In this document: in pieces, positions 1 to 10,236 of the stretch | Numbering within the stretch: the stretch's first letter is position 1 | Layout: every line of letters starts with the position of its first letter | Assembly: GCA_963555755.3 (NCBI GenBank) | Contig: OY820905.2 | Span: 2,336,001 to 2,400,000 of the forward strand | DNA from: Nitrospirales bacterium | Lineage (GTDB): Bacteria > Nitrospirota > Nitrospiria > Nitrospirales > UBA8639 | Reading direction: 5' to 3' | DNA length: 64,000 bases | Position numbers and translations under genes: made by a program | Notes under the pieces: generated by a model | What the model saw: the letters and a program-made list of their open reading frames with translations, nothing else | The model's database searches: none | Told to the model about the DNA's origin: nothing

Positions 1-123
1 TGCTGAGTCTTTCCGAAGGGTCTCCAGCAAGGCCGCAGCCATTTTGACGCGCGGAGCGTACTCATAGTACGTGAGCACGGCAAAAGGGCGAGAACGCCGC
101 TGGCGGCTTTTTTCAACATTCCC
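1..123 (+). repeat. Family B MITE, right part; positions 1-4 look like the right junction of another IS110 copy
   Basis: Near-identical to 18316-18440 (TGCTGAGTCTTTCCGAAGGG...TTCAACATTCCC). Confidence 0.85.
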
Positions 124-135
124 TTCAAAGAAAGG

Positions 136-1221
136 TTGTGTATGATTCTGGCTGGAGACATCGGCGGGACGAAAACCTATCTTGCTCTATATGACTGGAA
201 GCAAGACCGGGTCGAACCGACCCGTGAAGAAAAATTTTTTAACGCTGACTTTGAATCTTTTGAAGAAATCTTAAGTGAATTCCTGGCCCCTCCCGAGGAT
301 CCACCAGACCCGTTTGAGGCGGAAGATGATGTGGACGACGATTCCTCATCAGACGATACGACCGAACCCGAGGAAAAACCAGATGAACCCCTAGAGAAAT
401 CAATTGACGCAGCCTGCTTTGGGGTCGCCGGACCAATCATTGACAACCGATGTCGCGCGACCAACTTACCGTGGGAAATTGATGGACAATCCCTGACCAC
501 ACACATCGACACCCCCAAGGTTCGTCTATTGAACGATGTAGAAGCGATGGCCTATGGCGTCCTCGTCCTCAGGCCCGAGGAAACCGAACTGGTCAACGGA
601 CAGTCTCAAAAGAATGGGACGAAAGCGCTGGTTGCACCGGGAACCGGGCTGGGTGAAGCTATTCTGTTTTGGGATGGAGAAGGATATCACCCCATACCGT
701 CAGAGGGAGGCCATGCCAGTTTTGCCCCAACCAGCGACATTGAAATTGATTTGCTGCGTTATATTCGCACGAGCTTTCTTCATGTGAGTGTCGAGCGGGT
801 CCTGTCTGGTGATGGCCTTCATACGATCTATCAGTTTCTTCGGGACACCAAAAAAAATGAGCCCACGTGGTTTGCCGAGCTCCTTCTCACAGACGATCCA
901 CCGACCCTGATTACCGAAGCTGCGTTGAACGGGAAACCGGACATTTGTGTGGAAGCACTGGAATTGTTCGTCTCAATTCTGGGGGCCGAAGCCGGCAATC
1001 TTGCCCTTAAAACCTTGGCCCGAGGCGGTGTGTACTTGGGAGGCGGGATCGTTCCACACATCGTGCCACGACTCAAAGACAAACGATTCGCTCAATCCTT
1101 CATTGCCAAAGGTCGTTTTAAGCGCTTATTGAGTACATTCCCAGTCCATGTGATCCTGAACGATCAGGCAGGTTTACTAGGCGCAGCATCCATTGCGGCC
1201 ACCATGGCACACTCCTCCTAA
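136..1221 (+). CDS. glk: Glucokinase with an acidic insertion; start may be a few codons later
   Basis: LAGDIGGTKT, GVAGP, LLNDVEA, GTGLG, SEGGH, ERVLSG and GGVYLGGGI motifs. Confidence 0.93.
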   Translation: MCMILAGDIGGTKTYLALYDWKQDRVEPTREEKFFNADFESFEEILSEFLAPPEDPPDPFEAEDDVDDDSSSDDTTEPEEKPDEPLEKSIDAACFGVAGPIIDNRCRATNLPWEIDGQSLTTHIDTPKVRLLNDVEAMAYGVLVLRPEETELVNGQSQKNGTKALVAPGTGLGEAILFWDGEGYHPIPSEGGHASFAPTSDIEIDLLRYIRTSFLHVSVERVLSGDGLHTIYQFLRDTKKNEPTWFAELLLTDDPPTLITEAALNGKPDICVEALELFVSILGAEAGNLALKTLARGGVYLGGGIVPHIVPRLKDKRFAQSFIAKGRFKRLLSTFPVHVILNDQAGLLGAASIAATMAHSS

Positions 1222-1228
1222 CCCCTGA

Positions 1229-1349
1229 GGGGAAGTTCAAAAAGGTGCGCTCAGCAAGGCCGCAGGCGCTTTGGCGCGCGGAGCGTACGGGAGTACGTGA
1301 GCACGACAAAGGGCCGAGAACGCCGCTGACGCCCTTTTTCAACTTCCCC
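1229..1349 (+). repeat. Family B MITE
   Basis: TIR GGGGAAGTTCAAAAAG/CTTTTTCAACTTCCCC; core CAGCAAGGCCGC...GAGCGTAC-GTACGTGAG...GAACGCCGCTG. Confidence 0.85.
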
Positions 1350-1441
1350 TGTTGCTTTTGAGGTTTCATGAGAACCGTCACCTAAGAACGGCAATATAGA
1401 AATTTTTTATAATTCAACACCCCCCATGAGAGAATCCTTAC

Positions 1442-2134
1442 ATGACTGAAGCACAGGAAGCAGGAAAACACGCGGCAGGCGAAGCGGCACTACAATATGT
1501 CCCGGACGGAGCCCTCGTTGGTCTAGGCTCGGGCTCAACAGTCAAATATTTCTTGCTGGCACTGGGAAAGAAAGTTAAATCCGGCTTTCGCGTTCAAGGA
1601 ATCCCCACTTCGCAAGAAACCGCTCGGTTAGCCAACGAATTGAATATTCCACTTCTCCCGAATGAAGGAGACTGGAAACTCGATCTTGCCGTTGACGGAG
1701 CCGACCAGGTAGATCCGCAATTCCAACTGATTAAAGGCGGGGGCGGCGCGTTGTTGCGTGAAAAAATCGTGGCCTCAGCGGCCCGTCAGTGTATCGTTAT
1801 TGTGGACGAGGCCAAATGGGTTCCGGTTCTGGGCATGCCCTGGCCTATCCCGGTTGAAGTCATCCCATTTGGATGGCCGAATACCCAACGCCAGATTCAA
1901 GCATTAGGGTGGTCTTCCAGCCTGAGGAAGAAGAACCATAAGGTGTTCAGAACGGATGAAGGAAATTTCATTCTAGATGTGGAAGTAGATCGCATTGAAG
2001 ACCCAACCATCCTTGAGGCCCAACTCAACGGCATTCCCGGCGTTGTGGAAAACGGATTGTTTGTCAACCAGACTTCGATCGTGATCCTCGGTGGTACGGA
2101 CGGGGTCACCATTAAAGAACGACCCGTCTTTTGA
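1442..2134 (+). CDS. rpiA: Ribose-5-phosphate isomerase A
   Basis: GLGSGST, DGADQVD, IKGGGGALLREKIVA, PGVVENGLF. Confidence 0.96.
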   Translation: MTEAQEAGKHAAGEAALQYVPDGALVGLGSGSTVKYFLLALGKKVKSGFRVQGIPTSQETARLANELNIPLLPNEGDWKLDLAVDGADQVDPQFQLIKGGGGALLREKIVASAARQCIVIVDEAKWVPVLGMPWPIPVEVIPFGWPNTQRQIQALGWSSSLRKKNHKVFRTDEGNFILDVEVDRIEDPTILEAQLNGIPGVVENGLFVNQTSIVILGGTDGVTIKERPVF

Positions 2135-2225
2135 ACATTCAACCCTCTCTCCTTCGCTTCCACCATATTCATGGTACCTTCTTTCCCAGCTTTGATACGT
2201 GGTGTCCACCACTCCATTCGATTAA

Positions 2226-2382
2226 GGGCTCGCGTAAGAATAACTTCCCCTATTTGGGTGCTGAGACACCTGTCTGGCAAGGCGCGAGGACTGCGCATAC
2301 TCTCGGTATGGAAAGGACGAGCAACGCCGCCAGACGGGATGGATCGACGCCCAAATAGGGGAAGTTATTCTTACGCGAGCCC
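2226..2382 (+). repeat. Family C MITE (157 bp)
   Basis: About 33-bp TIR GGGCTCGCGTAAGAATAACTTCCCCTATTTGGG; TAA on both sides. Confidence 0.9.
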
Positions 2383-2507
2383 TAAGGGTGACAAAAACCC
2401 CTTTCAACAAATTTTCTTTCAATCCTGGGCTTCTACCAAGGAACAGTGAATGTTACAATAGTCCTAGAAATGGCAGTTGGATCACAAAAGTCCGCGCAAT
2501 ACATCCC

Positions 2508-4025
2508 ATGAATCATTGTCTGAATCCCTTTACCACATCCAGATGGGTCTTGAGTCTGTTGACCAGTTTTCTATTGGCCGTGACCGTGCAGTGCTCTGAA
2601 GCTCCTGAGGACACGCGGCTGATGGCCAACGCAACCGTACAACCCACGCTGCAAACGTTCACGCAAGATCCCATGCCCACGGTCCAACCTGTGGGAGTCC
2701 CGTTCCCGGCGAACGAGACATTTATTCGGGTGTCCAAAGATACCATGGCTTCCGTAGTCAACATTTCATCCACTCGCAAAAAAGAAGAACCCAACCAGCG
2801 CAATTCACTACCCTTTTTTGACGATCCGTTTTTTCGCCGATTTTTTGGAGAGGAATTTGAGCATCGATTCCGCAAACAGCAGCCCAGGCAAGAGCAAGGA
2901 TTGGGATCAGGGGTTATCGTTTCTTCGGATGGCTATATCGTGACCAACAATCATGTGGTGGAACAAGCTGATACATTAACGGTGCTGCTGGGGGATAAGC
3001 GAGAGTTTTCAGCAAAACTGATTGGGACTGACCCTAAGACTGACCTCGCGGTTATTAAAATTGACGAAACCCATCTGCCGACGTTGCGGTGGGGCAACTC
3101 GAACAATCTCCAAGTTGGGGAACTGGTGCTGGCTGTGGGCAATCCCTTTGGCCTGAATCAAACCGTCACCATGGGCATTATCAGCGCCATTGGCCGAGCC
3201 AATATGGGGATTGTGGATTATGAAGATTTCATTCAAACCGATGCTGCGATTAACCCGGGAAATTCCGGGGGGGCACTGGTCAATCTTCAAGGCGAGTTGA
3301 TTGGGATTAACACGGCGATTTTTTCTCGAACCGGTGGGTACATGGGAATCGGTTTCGCCATCCCGAGTAACATGGTGAAAAACGTCATGAACAATCTCGT
3401 CGACCATGGAAAAGTGATTCGAGGTTGGCTCGGAGTTTCGATACAACAATTGACTCCAGAACTGGCTGATCAGTTTGGATCCCCGGATGCTTCCGGCGCA
3501 TTGGTCGGGGATGTTGTCAGCGGAAGTCCCGCGGAAAATGCTGGCCTCCAGCGAGGCGATATTATACGTCACTACAACGGCACGAAGGTCAAAGATCCCA
3601 CACACCTTCGCTCCCTTGTTGCCGAAACGTCTCCAGGGACCAGTACATCGGTTTCAGTTCTGCGCCATAACTCCCCCCAGGAACTCTCCGTGGCCATTGG
3701 AGAATTACCCAGTGATCTCACAGCCATGCGAAGCTCAGATCCTGATCAGCAGAAGAACCACGCGTTGTCTGGGATCATCGTCGAACCCGTCCCGCCTGAT
3801 CGTGTACCCAAAGACGAAGGGGTATTGATTAGTCGCGTTCAGCCCGACAGTGCCGCCGTGCGCGCCGGACTCCGGCGGGGTGATATTCTCATGGAAATAA
3901 ACCGAAGCCCGATCCGCCATGTTGACGATTTCCACCGACTCACCCGTGACCTAGGACCCAAAACGCCTGTCTTGATCTTGCTCAAACGCGGGAATGGCAC
4001 GATCTATGTATCCATAAAACCCTAA
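2508..4025 (+). CDS. DegQ/DegP (HtrA) periplasmic serine protease with two PDZ domains; start uncertain
   Basis: GSGVIV, TNNHVV, TDLAV, QTDAAINPGNSGG; ORF upstream of 2508 includes a family H repeat remnant (2462-2499). Confidence 0.93.
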   Translation: MNHCLNPFTTSRWVLSLLTSFLLAVTVQCSEAPEDTRLMANATVQPTLQTFTQDPMPTVQPVGVPFPANETFIRVSKDTMASVVNISSTRKKEEPNQRNSLPFFDDPFFRRFFGEEFEHRFRKQQPRQEQGLGSGVIVSSDGYIVTNNHVVEQADTLTVLLGDKREFSAKLIGTDPKTDLAVIKIDETHLPTLRWGNSNNLQVGELVLAVGNPFGLNQTVTMGIISAIGRANMGIVDYEDFIQTDAAINPGNSGGALVNLQGELIGINTAIFSRTGGYMGIGFAIPSNMVKNVMNNLVDHGKVIRGWLGVSIQQLTPELADQFGSPDASGALVGDVVSGSPAENAGLQRGDIIRHYNGTKVKDPTHLRSLVAETSPGTSTSVSVLRHNSPQELSVAIGELPSDLTAMRSSDPDQQKNHALSGIIVEPVPPDRVPKDEGVLISRVQPDSAAVRAGLRRGDILMEINRSPIRHVDDFHRLTRDLGPKTPVLILLKRGNGTIYVSIKP

Positions 4026-4201
4026 GAGCCTGCCCGAGATTACGGATCACGGTTCAAGATTTTTTCATCAATCATTCCCCATCGCGGAGTCCCTTGATTG
4101 CACTCCAACTCAGAGGAATGGTAGAGTCTTTTCCGCATGTCGTATGAACAGGAGCATGTGATTGGTTCACGCTTCATCTGTGCGGTAGGCACAGATGTAA
4201 A

Positions 4202-4343
4202 GGGTACCTCTAAAAACCAGGCATTTTTTGTGAGAGCAAGGAAGCCGCGCGCGGAAAACCGGAGTGTATGGGCGAATACATGAGGATTTGAGCACGCGGC
4301 TGACGCCGCCATCACGGAAAAGGACGGTTTTTAGAAGGTGCCC
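4202..4343 (-). repeat. Family A MITE
   Basis: TIR GGGYACCTCTAAAAACC; TSD TAAA. Confidence 0.9.
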
Positions 4344-4357
4344 TAAACATAATCGAC

Positions 4358-4435
4358 GGTCCCATCGTCTAGCTTGGCCTAGGACGGCACCCTCTCAAGG
4401 TGCAGACACGGGTTCAAATCCCGTTGGGACCACCA
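4358..4435 (+). tRNA. tRNA-Glu (CTC)
   Basis: GGTCCCA/TGGGACC acceptor stem, anticodon arm GCACC-CTCTCAA-GGTGC, GGTTCAAATCC T-loop, encoded CCA. Confidence 0.97.
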
Positions 4436-4653
4436 GCCTCCGCTCTTCGAGCTTCGGCTGGAAGATCAGAAAAAATCTGAAGCGGAGGCTGTCCGCCGGC
4501 CATAGGGAAGGTGGACTGGTTCAAACTTTCTCCTAAACTCTCCACTACTCCCACCTTTCCTTCGTTATGAAAAACCCAACACTGTTTCGCTTGGCTTTCA
4601 ATTTCAAAGGTAAGCTCGGCATATAGACGTATTTTTTTAAAGGACACAAAACC

Positions 4654-5754
4654 ATGAGATCGTTTCATGATGGAGCTCAGGACGGACTCGAACCCTTAGA
4701 AGCACTAGATCCGTCAAAAATTCAATCCTTCTCGGACCTGCTTATTGCCATGCAAAAAACCGCCTTTGGTGGCCGTCGTCTTGGCGAAGCATTCGACATT
4801 CTGAAAGCCATGATCCACGACCCGGACTGCTTCGTCGTCATGACACTCTCCGGCGCCATGACCATCGCCAAGATGGGGAAGATCATGTGCACGATGATCG
4901 ATCGTGGCATGGTCCAAGCCGTGATTTCCACCGGCGCGCTTATTGCCCATGGCCTGAGCGAGGCAGTGGGGCAAACGCATTACAAGTATCATCCCTCGAT
5001 GAATGATGTGGATTTGTTTAATAAAGGCTACAACCGAGTGTATGACACCTTGGAAATGGAATTGAATCTGAATCATGTCGAACAGCTCACCGGAGAAACC
5101 CTCAATCGCCTCGATCCGGATCAACCGCTCTCGTCTGAACTGCTCACGCGTGAACTTGGGAAAACATTGGCGAATGAATACGAAGGGCCAGGAATTTTGA
5201 AAAGTGCATTTCTGAAAAAGGTGCCGGTATATATTCCCGCGTTTACAGACTCTGAGCTTGGCTTAGACGTGTCCATTTGGGCCATGGGAAAACATCGGGA
5301 AGCAACATCAGCACCAGAGACAGAAACTTCGGATGTTCAAAAGGTTTGGAATTCCTTGAAGCAACACCATGCCGCCTTCAACCCCTTTTTAGATCTCAAC
5401 AGTTACACGGAACAATTATTGGGCGCCAAGCGGCTTGGCATTTTCACCATCGGTGGCGGCGTGCCCCGCAATTGGGCACAACAGATTCCTCCGTATATTG
5501 AAATTCTCAATTTGAGACTCGGGACGGAGATCACACCACCACGTTTCCACTACGGGGTACGCATCTGTCCTGAACCGGATTATTGGGGAGGCTTGAGCGG
5601 ATGCACGTACCAAGAGGGAGTCTCATGGGGTAAATTTGTTCCCCAAGAAGAAGGAGGCCGATTTGCCGAAGTGCTGAGCGATGCAACCGTGGTCTGGCCG
5701 TTATTACTAATGGGATTACTTGACGAAGACAAGCCTCAAGCCGATGAAAAATAA
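4654..5754 (+). CDS. Deoxyhypusine synthase-like protein (probable homospermidine synthase)
   Basis: TLSGAMT, PAFTDSELG, IGGGVPRNWAQQ, GGLSGCTYQEGVSWGK. Confidence 0.9.
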   Translation: MRSFHDGAQDGLEPLEALDPSKIQSFSDLLIAMQKTAFGGRRLGEAFDILKAMIHDPDCFVVMTLSGAMTIAKMGKIMCTMIDRGMVQAVISTGALIAHGLSEAVGQTHYKYHPSMNDVDLFNKGYNRVYDTLEMELNLNHVEQLTGETLNRLDPDQPLSSELLTRELGKTLANEYEGPGILKSAFLKKVPVYIPAFTDSELGLDVSIWAMGKHREATSAPETETSDVQKVWNSLKQHHAAFNPFLDLNSYTEQLLGAKRLGIFTIGGGVPRNWAQQIPPYIEILNLRLGTEITPPRFHYGVRICPEPDYWGGLSGCTYQEGVSWGKFVPQEEGGRFAEVLSDATVVWPLLLMGLLDEDKPQADEK

Positions 5755-5850
5755 ACTCAGCATCAGGGAATAATTTTTCAAAAAATTTGACAGATATCAG
5801 GTCTACGCCCACAATGAATTAACGTATTAGCCTGAGTAAGAGGACACCAT

Positions 5851-6561
5851 ATGCTTGTACATTTTATACAACGATTTTCGGCGAACCTGTATCAACACAT
5901 ACTCGCGGCTAGACTCTTCCAAACCCTTGTCGTACTTGCCGTACTCTTGCTGACCGCACTCCCTGCAAGTAGCCAAGATGATACGTTCCTGCTTCGCGAA
6001 GACGATCGAGTCCGTGGAGATCAACAGGCTCCCGTCACCCTTTTGGAATATTCCGATTTCACCTGTGGGTTCTGCGAAAAGTTTTTCCAAGAAACCTGGC
6101 CTCTGCTCAATTCTGAATACATCAAAACCGGCAAGCTCCGGCTCATTTACCGGGACTTCCCCAGAGCAATTAGCGGGCCGAGCATCGACACAGCCATGGC
6201 GGCCCGATGCGCGGGGGAACAAGGGCAGTATTGGTCCATGCATGACCGGTTGTTCTCCAGCCGTCGGAAATTTTCTTCTGACCAACTGCAACAACAAGCT
6301 GAAGATCTGCGGCTGAACATCCGACAATATAGTGAATGCGTCCAAGCGGAACGATATATGGAGTCCATTTATCGCGACCGAATGGAAGGGGGCAGCATCG
6401 GCGTACGGGGAACCCCCCATTTTATTTTGTATTTAACGCACAACCCGGAGGCTGGTCCCTTATTAGTCATCCCAGGAGCACTCCCCTTTGATACCTTTCA
6501 AGAACACATCGAAAAGCTTTTGCAGCAGGCTTCAACACAGAAAAGTTCCGGAGCTCTGTAG
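5851..6561 (+). CDS. DsbA/BdbD-family thiol-disulfide oxidoreductase
   Basis: EYSDFTCGFC (CxxC), YRDFP, GVRGTP; N-terminal hydrophobic segment. Confidence 0.9.
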   Translation: MLVHFIQRFSANLYQHILAARLFQTLVVLAVLLLTALPASSQDDTFLLREDDRVRGDQQAPVTLLEYSDFTCGFCEKFFQETWPLLNSEYIKTGKLRLIYRDFPRAISGPSIDTAMAARCAGEQGQYWSMHDRLFSSRRKFSSDQLQQQAEDLRLNIRQYSECVQAERYMESIYRDRMEGGSIGVRGTPHFILYLTHNPEAGPLLVIPGALPFDTFQEHIEKLLQQASTQKSSGAL

Positions 6562-6726
6562 CCTGGTTGTCCATGAAGGTAGGAAGGCGAACCAGCTTTC
6601 AGAGAGGCGCTGGGAACCCAATCGAAGAAATAGGTATTGAAAAGTTGAGGAAGCGGACCTATTCTTGAAATAATACATTCGCTACGGTGTTCTTTTTTGA
6701 GTCATTTTTTTTAATAGGCGAGATCA

Positions 6727-6978
6727 ATGTCAGAGACTCAAACATTTTGGGCTGTTGAATGTGCAGAGGGTGATCCCGATTTCTTTGTGTGCATGGACTG
6801 TCTTAACGAGGTGTATCGGAGGAAAGTTCCCACGGAGTGTCACGGTTGCGGCGCCATTTCATCGTTTGAACCGTTTGCCCTCGACTCGATCAACGATTGG
6901 GGAACCGAAGAACTCATCGCTAAAGCTCAACACGCATCTTCTGAAGACCCGACTCCGACAGAACCTTCCTCTGTTTAA
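6727..6978 (+). CDS. Small rubredoxin/zinc-ribbon-like protein
   Basis: CMDC...CHGCG; lies 6 bp upstream of the aldehyde dehydrogenase. Confidence 0.65.
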   Translation: MSETQTFWAVECAEGDPDFFVCMDCLNEVYRRKVPTECHGCGAISSFEPFALDSINDWGTEELIAKAQHASSEDPTPTEPSSV

Positions 6979-6984
6979 GCCTCC

Positions 6985-8427
6985 GTGGAACAACTACCAG
7001 GACCAGCGTTTCTCATCGGTACTGAATGGCGTGAATCTCCGGTTCGCCAATCCGTGCTGAATCCCTACACGGGACACTCCATTGCCGAAATCTGTCAGGC
7101 CCAAGCGCCCGATATTGAAGACGCCATCCAACTGAGTGTTTCTGCGTTTCCGGCCATTGCCAAGCTGCCGTCCCACACGCGAGCCAAAGCCCTTTCGGGC
7201 ATCGCACAACAGCTCACTGCGCGCCAGCACGAGTTTGCCAAGGTCATGAGTTTGGAATCCGGCAAACCCATTACCGATGCCGGACGTGAGGTCCTCCGGG
7301 CCATTCAGACCTTCATCGTGGCGAGTGAAGAAGCCAAACGCCTGCCTGGCGATACCATCCCTATGGATAGTAGCCCCGGCATGGATCACCACATGGGTAT
7401 CCTTCGACGAGTGCCGATTGGGCCGGTCCTGGGCATTACACCCTTTAATTTCCCTTTGAACCTTGTAGCCCACAAAATTGCGCCCTGCTTGGCCGTCGGG
7501 AACCCCTTCCTTCTGAAACCAGCCCCACAAACTCCCCTGACCGCCTTACTGCTCGGAGAAATTATTTGCGAACTCGGGCTCCCTCCCGGCACATTGAGTG
7601 TCTTGCCTTGCGAGAATGCCCTAGCTGAAACCATGGTGCGGGATCCCAGAATTCAAGCTCTGAGTTTTACGGGAAGTGCCGCGGTGGGATGGAGCCTCAA
7701 AGGCAAGGCTGGGAAAAAACGTGTGGCACTCGAATTGGGAGGAAATGCAGCGGTCATTGTCGAACCCGATGCCAACCTCCCACTGGCGGCCCAACGTTGT
7801 GCCGCCGGTGGACTTTCATACTCGGGGCAGACCTGCATTTCCGTGCAGCGGCTGTATATCCACCATGACATTTACGATCAATTCGTCGAACTCCTACTTA
7901 ATCAGGTTCGCGCCATACCCAGTGGCGACCCTCTCAATGAATCCACGGTCGTTGGACCACTGATCAACCAGCAAGCGGCGATCAGAGTCGAAACGTGGAT
8001 TCAAGAAGCCATTGCACAAGGTGCGGATTGCCTACTCGGTGGAACTCGACAGGATTCTATTGTGGCGCCAACTGTCCTAGCCAATGTTCGTCCAACCATG
8101 AACGTATCCTGCGAAGAAGTATTTGGCCCCGTCATCACGATCACTCGCTATCAGGACTTCGCGGAAGCGCTGCATGGTGTGAACGATTCACCCTACGGGC
8201 TTCAAGCTGGGGTCTTTACTCAAAATATTAATCGCATTTTCCAAGCCTATCGCGAACTGGAAGTTGGGGCGGTGCTCGCCAATGAAATCCCCACTTGGCG
8301 CGCCGACCATATGCCGTACGGTGGAGTCAAGGATTCCGGGTTAGGACGTGAAGGCGTTCAGTACGCCATGCAAGAACTCACCGAACCAAAGCTCTTGGTG
8401 TTACACCTTCCTCCTCTTGGAACCTAA
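6985..8427 (+). CDS. Aldehyde dehydrogenase family protein
   Basis: ITPFNFP, FTGS, LELGGN, GQTCIS, EEVFGP, PYGGVKDSGLGREG. Confidence 0.95.
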   Translation: MEQLPGPAFLIGTEWRESPVRQSVLNPYTGHSIAEICQAQAPDIEDAIQLSVSAFPAIAKLPSHTRAKALSGIAQQLTARQHEFAKVMSLESGKPITDAGREVLRAIQTFIVASEEAKRLPGDTIPMDSSPGMDHHMGILRRVPIGPVLGITPFNFPLNLVAHKIAPCLAVGNPFLLKPAPQTPLTALLLGEIICELGLPPGTLSVLPCENALAETMVRDPRIQALSFTGSAAVGWSLKGKAGKKRVALELGGNAAVIVEPDANLPLAAQRCAAGGLSYSGQTCISVQRLYIHHDIYDQFVELLLNQVRAIPSGDPLNESTVVGPLINQQAAIRVETWIQEAIAQGADCLLGGTRQDSIVAPTVLANVRPTMNVSCEEVFGPVITITRYQDFAEALHGVNDSPYGLQAGVFTQNINRIFQAYRELEVGAVLANEIPTWRADHMPYGGVKDSGLGREGVQYAMQELTEPKLLVLHLPPLGT

Positions 8428-8748
8428 TGGGGAAGCGAAAAGGGGTGTAAAGTGCCAGGTAAAGGGTAGGAACTTTCATACTCCTATATCGACTTTCGCG
8501 TTTGCTCTTTCCCTGTGTCGCCTGTAACAAATATGAACACTTAACAAAAATTCCTTGCAGAATTCCTTCTAAATTTGTCAAGATGCGGCCCGCATGTTCG
8601 TTTCCAGCCTCACAGCCGGAATGACTTTTCATAAATGGCGCTGTCAGCAGAAATGACTAGCCTGACAAAGCAACCTCACGATTTTGCAGACGTCACTAAT
8701 CATTTTCGAAAATTGTGTGAACTACCACACGAAAAAAACGGAGGAGAC

Positions 8749-9336
8749 ATGGTTCCTACTCACATGTTTCTGACCCGAGGGGTCGGTGTGCATCGAGAAA
8801 AACTCGCTTCATTCGAAGAAGCATTACGACGTGCTGGCGTGGCCTACTGTAACCTGGTGAGTGTCTCCTCGATCCTCCCACCAAACTGTAAAATCATTCC
8901 ACAAAAACGCGGAGTACAGTTGTTGAATCCCGGCGAAATCACATACTGTGTGATGGCCAGGTGTGAAACCAATGAACGGAGTCGTCTGATCTCCTCATCA
9001 ATAGGCGTGGCCATCCCCGAGGGCCGACACAAGGCATATGGCTATCTCTCTGAACATCATGCTTGTGGAGAAACCGACGAAGAGGCTGGCGATTACACCG
9101 AAGATCTGGCGGCACAAATGCTCGCCACCACGCTTGGCATCAAGTTTGACCCCAACGTGGCCTGGAAGGAACGAGAGCAAGTGTTCAAAATGGGCGGGAA
9201 AATTGTTCGCACGCAAAACATCACCCAGTCCGCCATTGGAAAGCCAAACAGGTGGACGACTGTGGTGGCTCTCGCGGTCTTTATTCCCCTCGAAAATATT
9301 CCAAACCCGACTCGCCCATCGAGAAAGAAAATATAA
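8749..9336 (+). CDS. Pyruvoyl-dependent arginine decarboxylase
   Basis: [21 protein letters not shown] self-cleavage site, [17 protein letters not shown] before ATG 8749. Confidence 0.9.
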   Translation: MVPTHMFLTRGVGVHREKLASFEEALRRAGVAYCNLVSVSSILPPNCKIIPQKRGVQLLNPGEITYCVMARCETNERSRLISSSIGVAIPEGRHKAYGYLSEHHACGETDEEAGDYTEDLAAQMLATTLGIKFDPNVAWKEREQVFKMGGKIVRTQNITQSAIGKPNRWTTVVALAVFIPLENIPNPTRPSRKKI

Positions 9337-9378
9337 GTAACAAAGAAACGGCGCTGGGCGTGCTTTTTCACCTCCCTG

Positions 9379-10152
9379 CTAAACCGAAAATTTCGCCCAC
9401 AGGACCGTGTGATCCGAAGGAGTTTTGCCTTTCCTGGGATTCACATCCACTTCAACCGCCGTACATTTTTTGGCTAACGGTTTCGTTGCGAGAATGTGGT
9501 CGATTCTCCAACCGCGATTCGCCTTCATCGCATCCGGCTGACGATAGTCCCAAAATGTAAATTGCGGTCGATCCGGGTACAATCGCCGGAACACATCTTC
9601 AAAGCCCCAACTCATGGTCTTGTGGTAAGCCTTTCGTGCATCCTGGTGATAACACACATGCGTCAAATGTTTTTCCGGACTGTGGACATCCATCGGCTCG
9701 GGTGCCACATTCATATCTCCACACCAAATGACCGGTTGGTCAGGTGAACAGTGGCGTGAGAAGTATTGGCGCAACCGCTTGAACCACTGCAGTTTGTACT
9801 GATACTTGGGGTGATCGATTTGAAACCCTTGTGGGATGTAGGTATTCACGATGGAAATCCCTTGGACCACGACATGAAGCAACCGGAAGCCATCGGCATT
9901 GGGGCCTTTATCCAGACCATCCGAGGTAAATTCCGGTGCGGTTTTGGTCAACACGGCAACGCCGTTATACCCTTTCATCCCGCGAAATGTAACAACATAG
10001 CCGGTGGACTCCAAGGCCTCTACAGGAAATTCCGAATCTTGAACTTTGGTTTCCTGCAAACACAACACATCAGGAGCATGGGTTTTCAACCACCGCTTCA
10101 CAGTAGACAACCGCTTCCGCACCGAATTCACGTTAAACGTGGCAATCTTCAT
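9379..10152 (-). CDS. xth: Exodeoxyribonuclease III
   Basis: MKIATFNVNS, LQETK, GDMNVAP, RIDHIL, SDH. Confidence 0.95.
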   Translation of the reverse strand: MKIATFNVNSVRKRLSTVKRWLKTHAPDVLCLQETKVQDSEFPVEALESTGYVVTFRGMKGYNGVAVLTKTAPEFTSDGLDKGPNADGFRLLHVVVQGISIVNTYIPQGFQIDHPKYQYKLQWFKRLRQYFSRHCSPDQPVIWCGDMNVAPEPMDVHSPEKHLTHVCYHQDARKAYHKTMSWGFEDVFRRLYPDRPQFTFWDYRQPDAMKANRGWRIDHILATKPLAKKCTAVEVDVNPRKGKTPSDHTVLWAKFSV

Positions 10153-10236
10153 TTGTTCATTCCTTCATTGCTGGATACATAATCATTCTCGAAAAGACCT
10201 CAACGTTCATATTATTATTTCTGGAGTCACCTCGTC

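Noticed and set aside
2388..2507. N-terminal extensions of degQ, ubiE (49105), the 36360 ORF and the GT2 gene (62455)
   Set aside because: Extensions run through repeat sequence; downstream ATGs fit better
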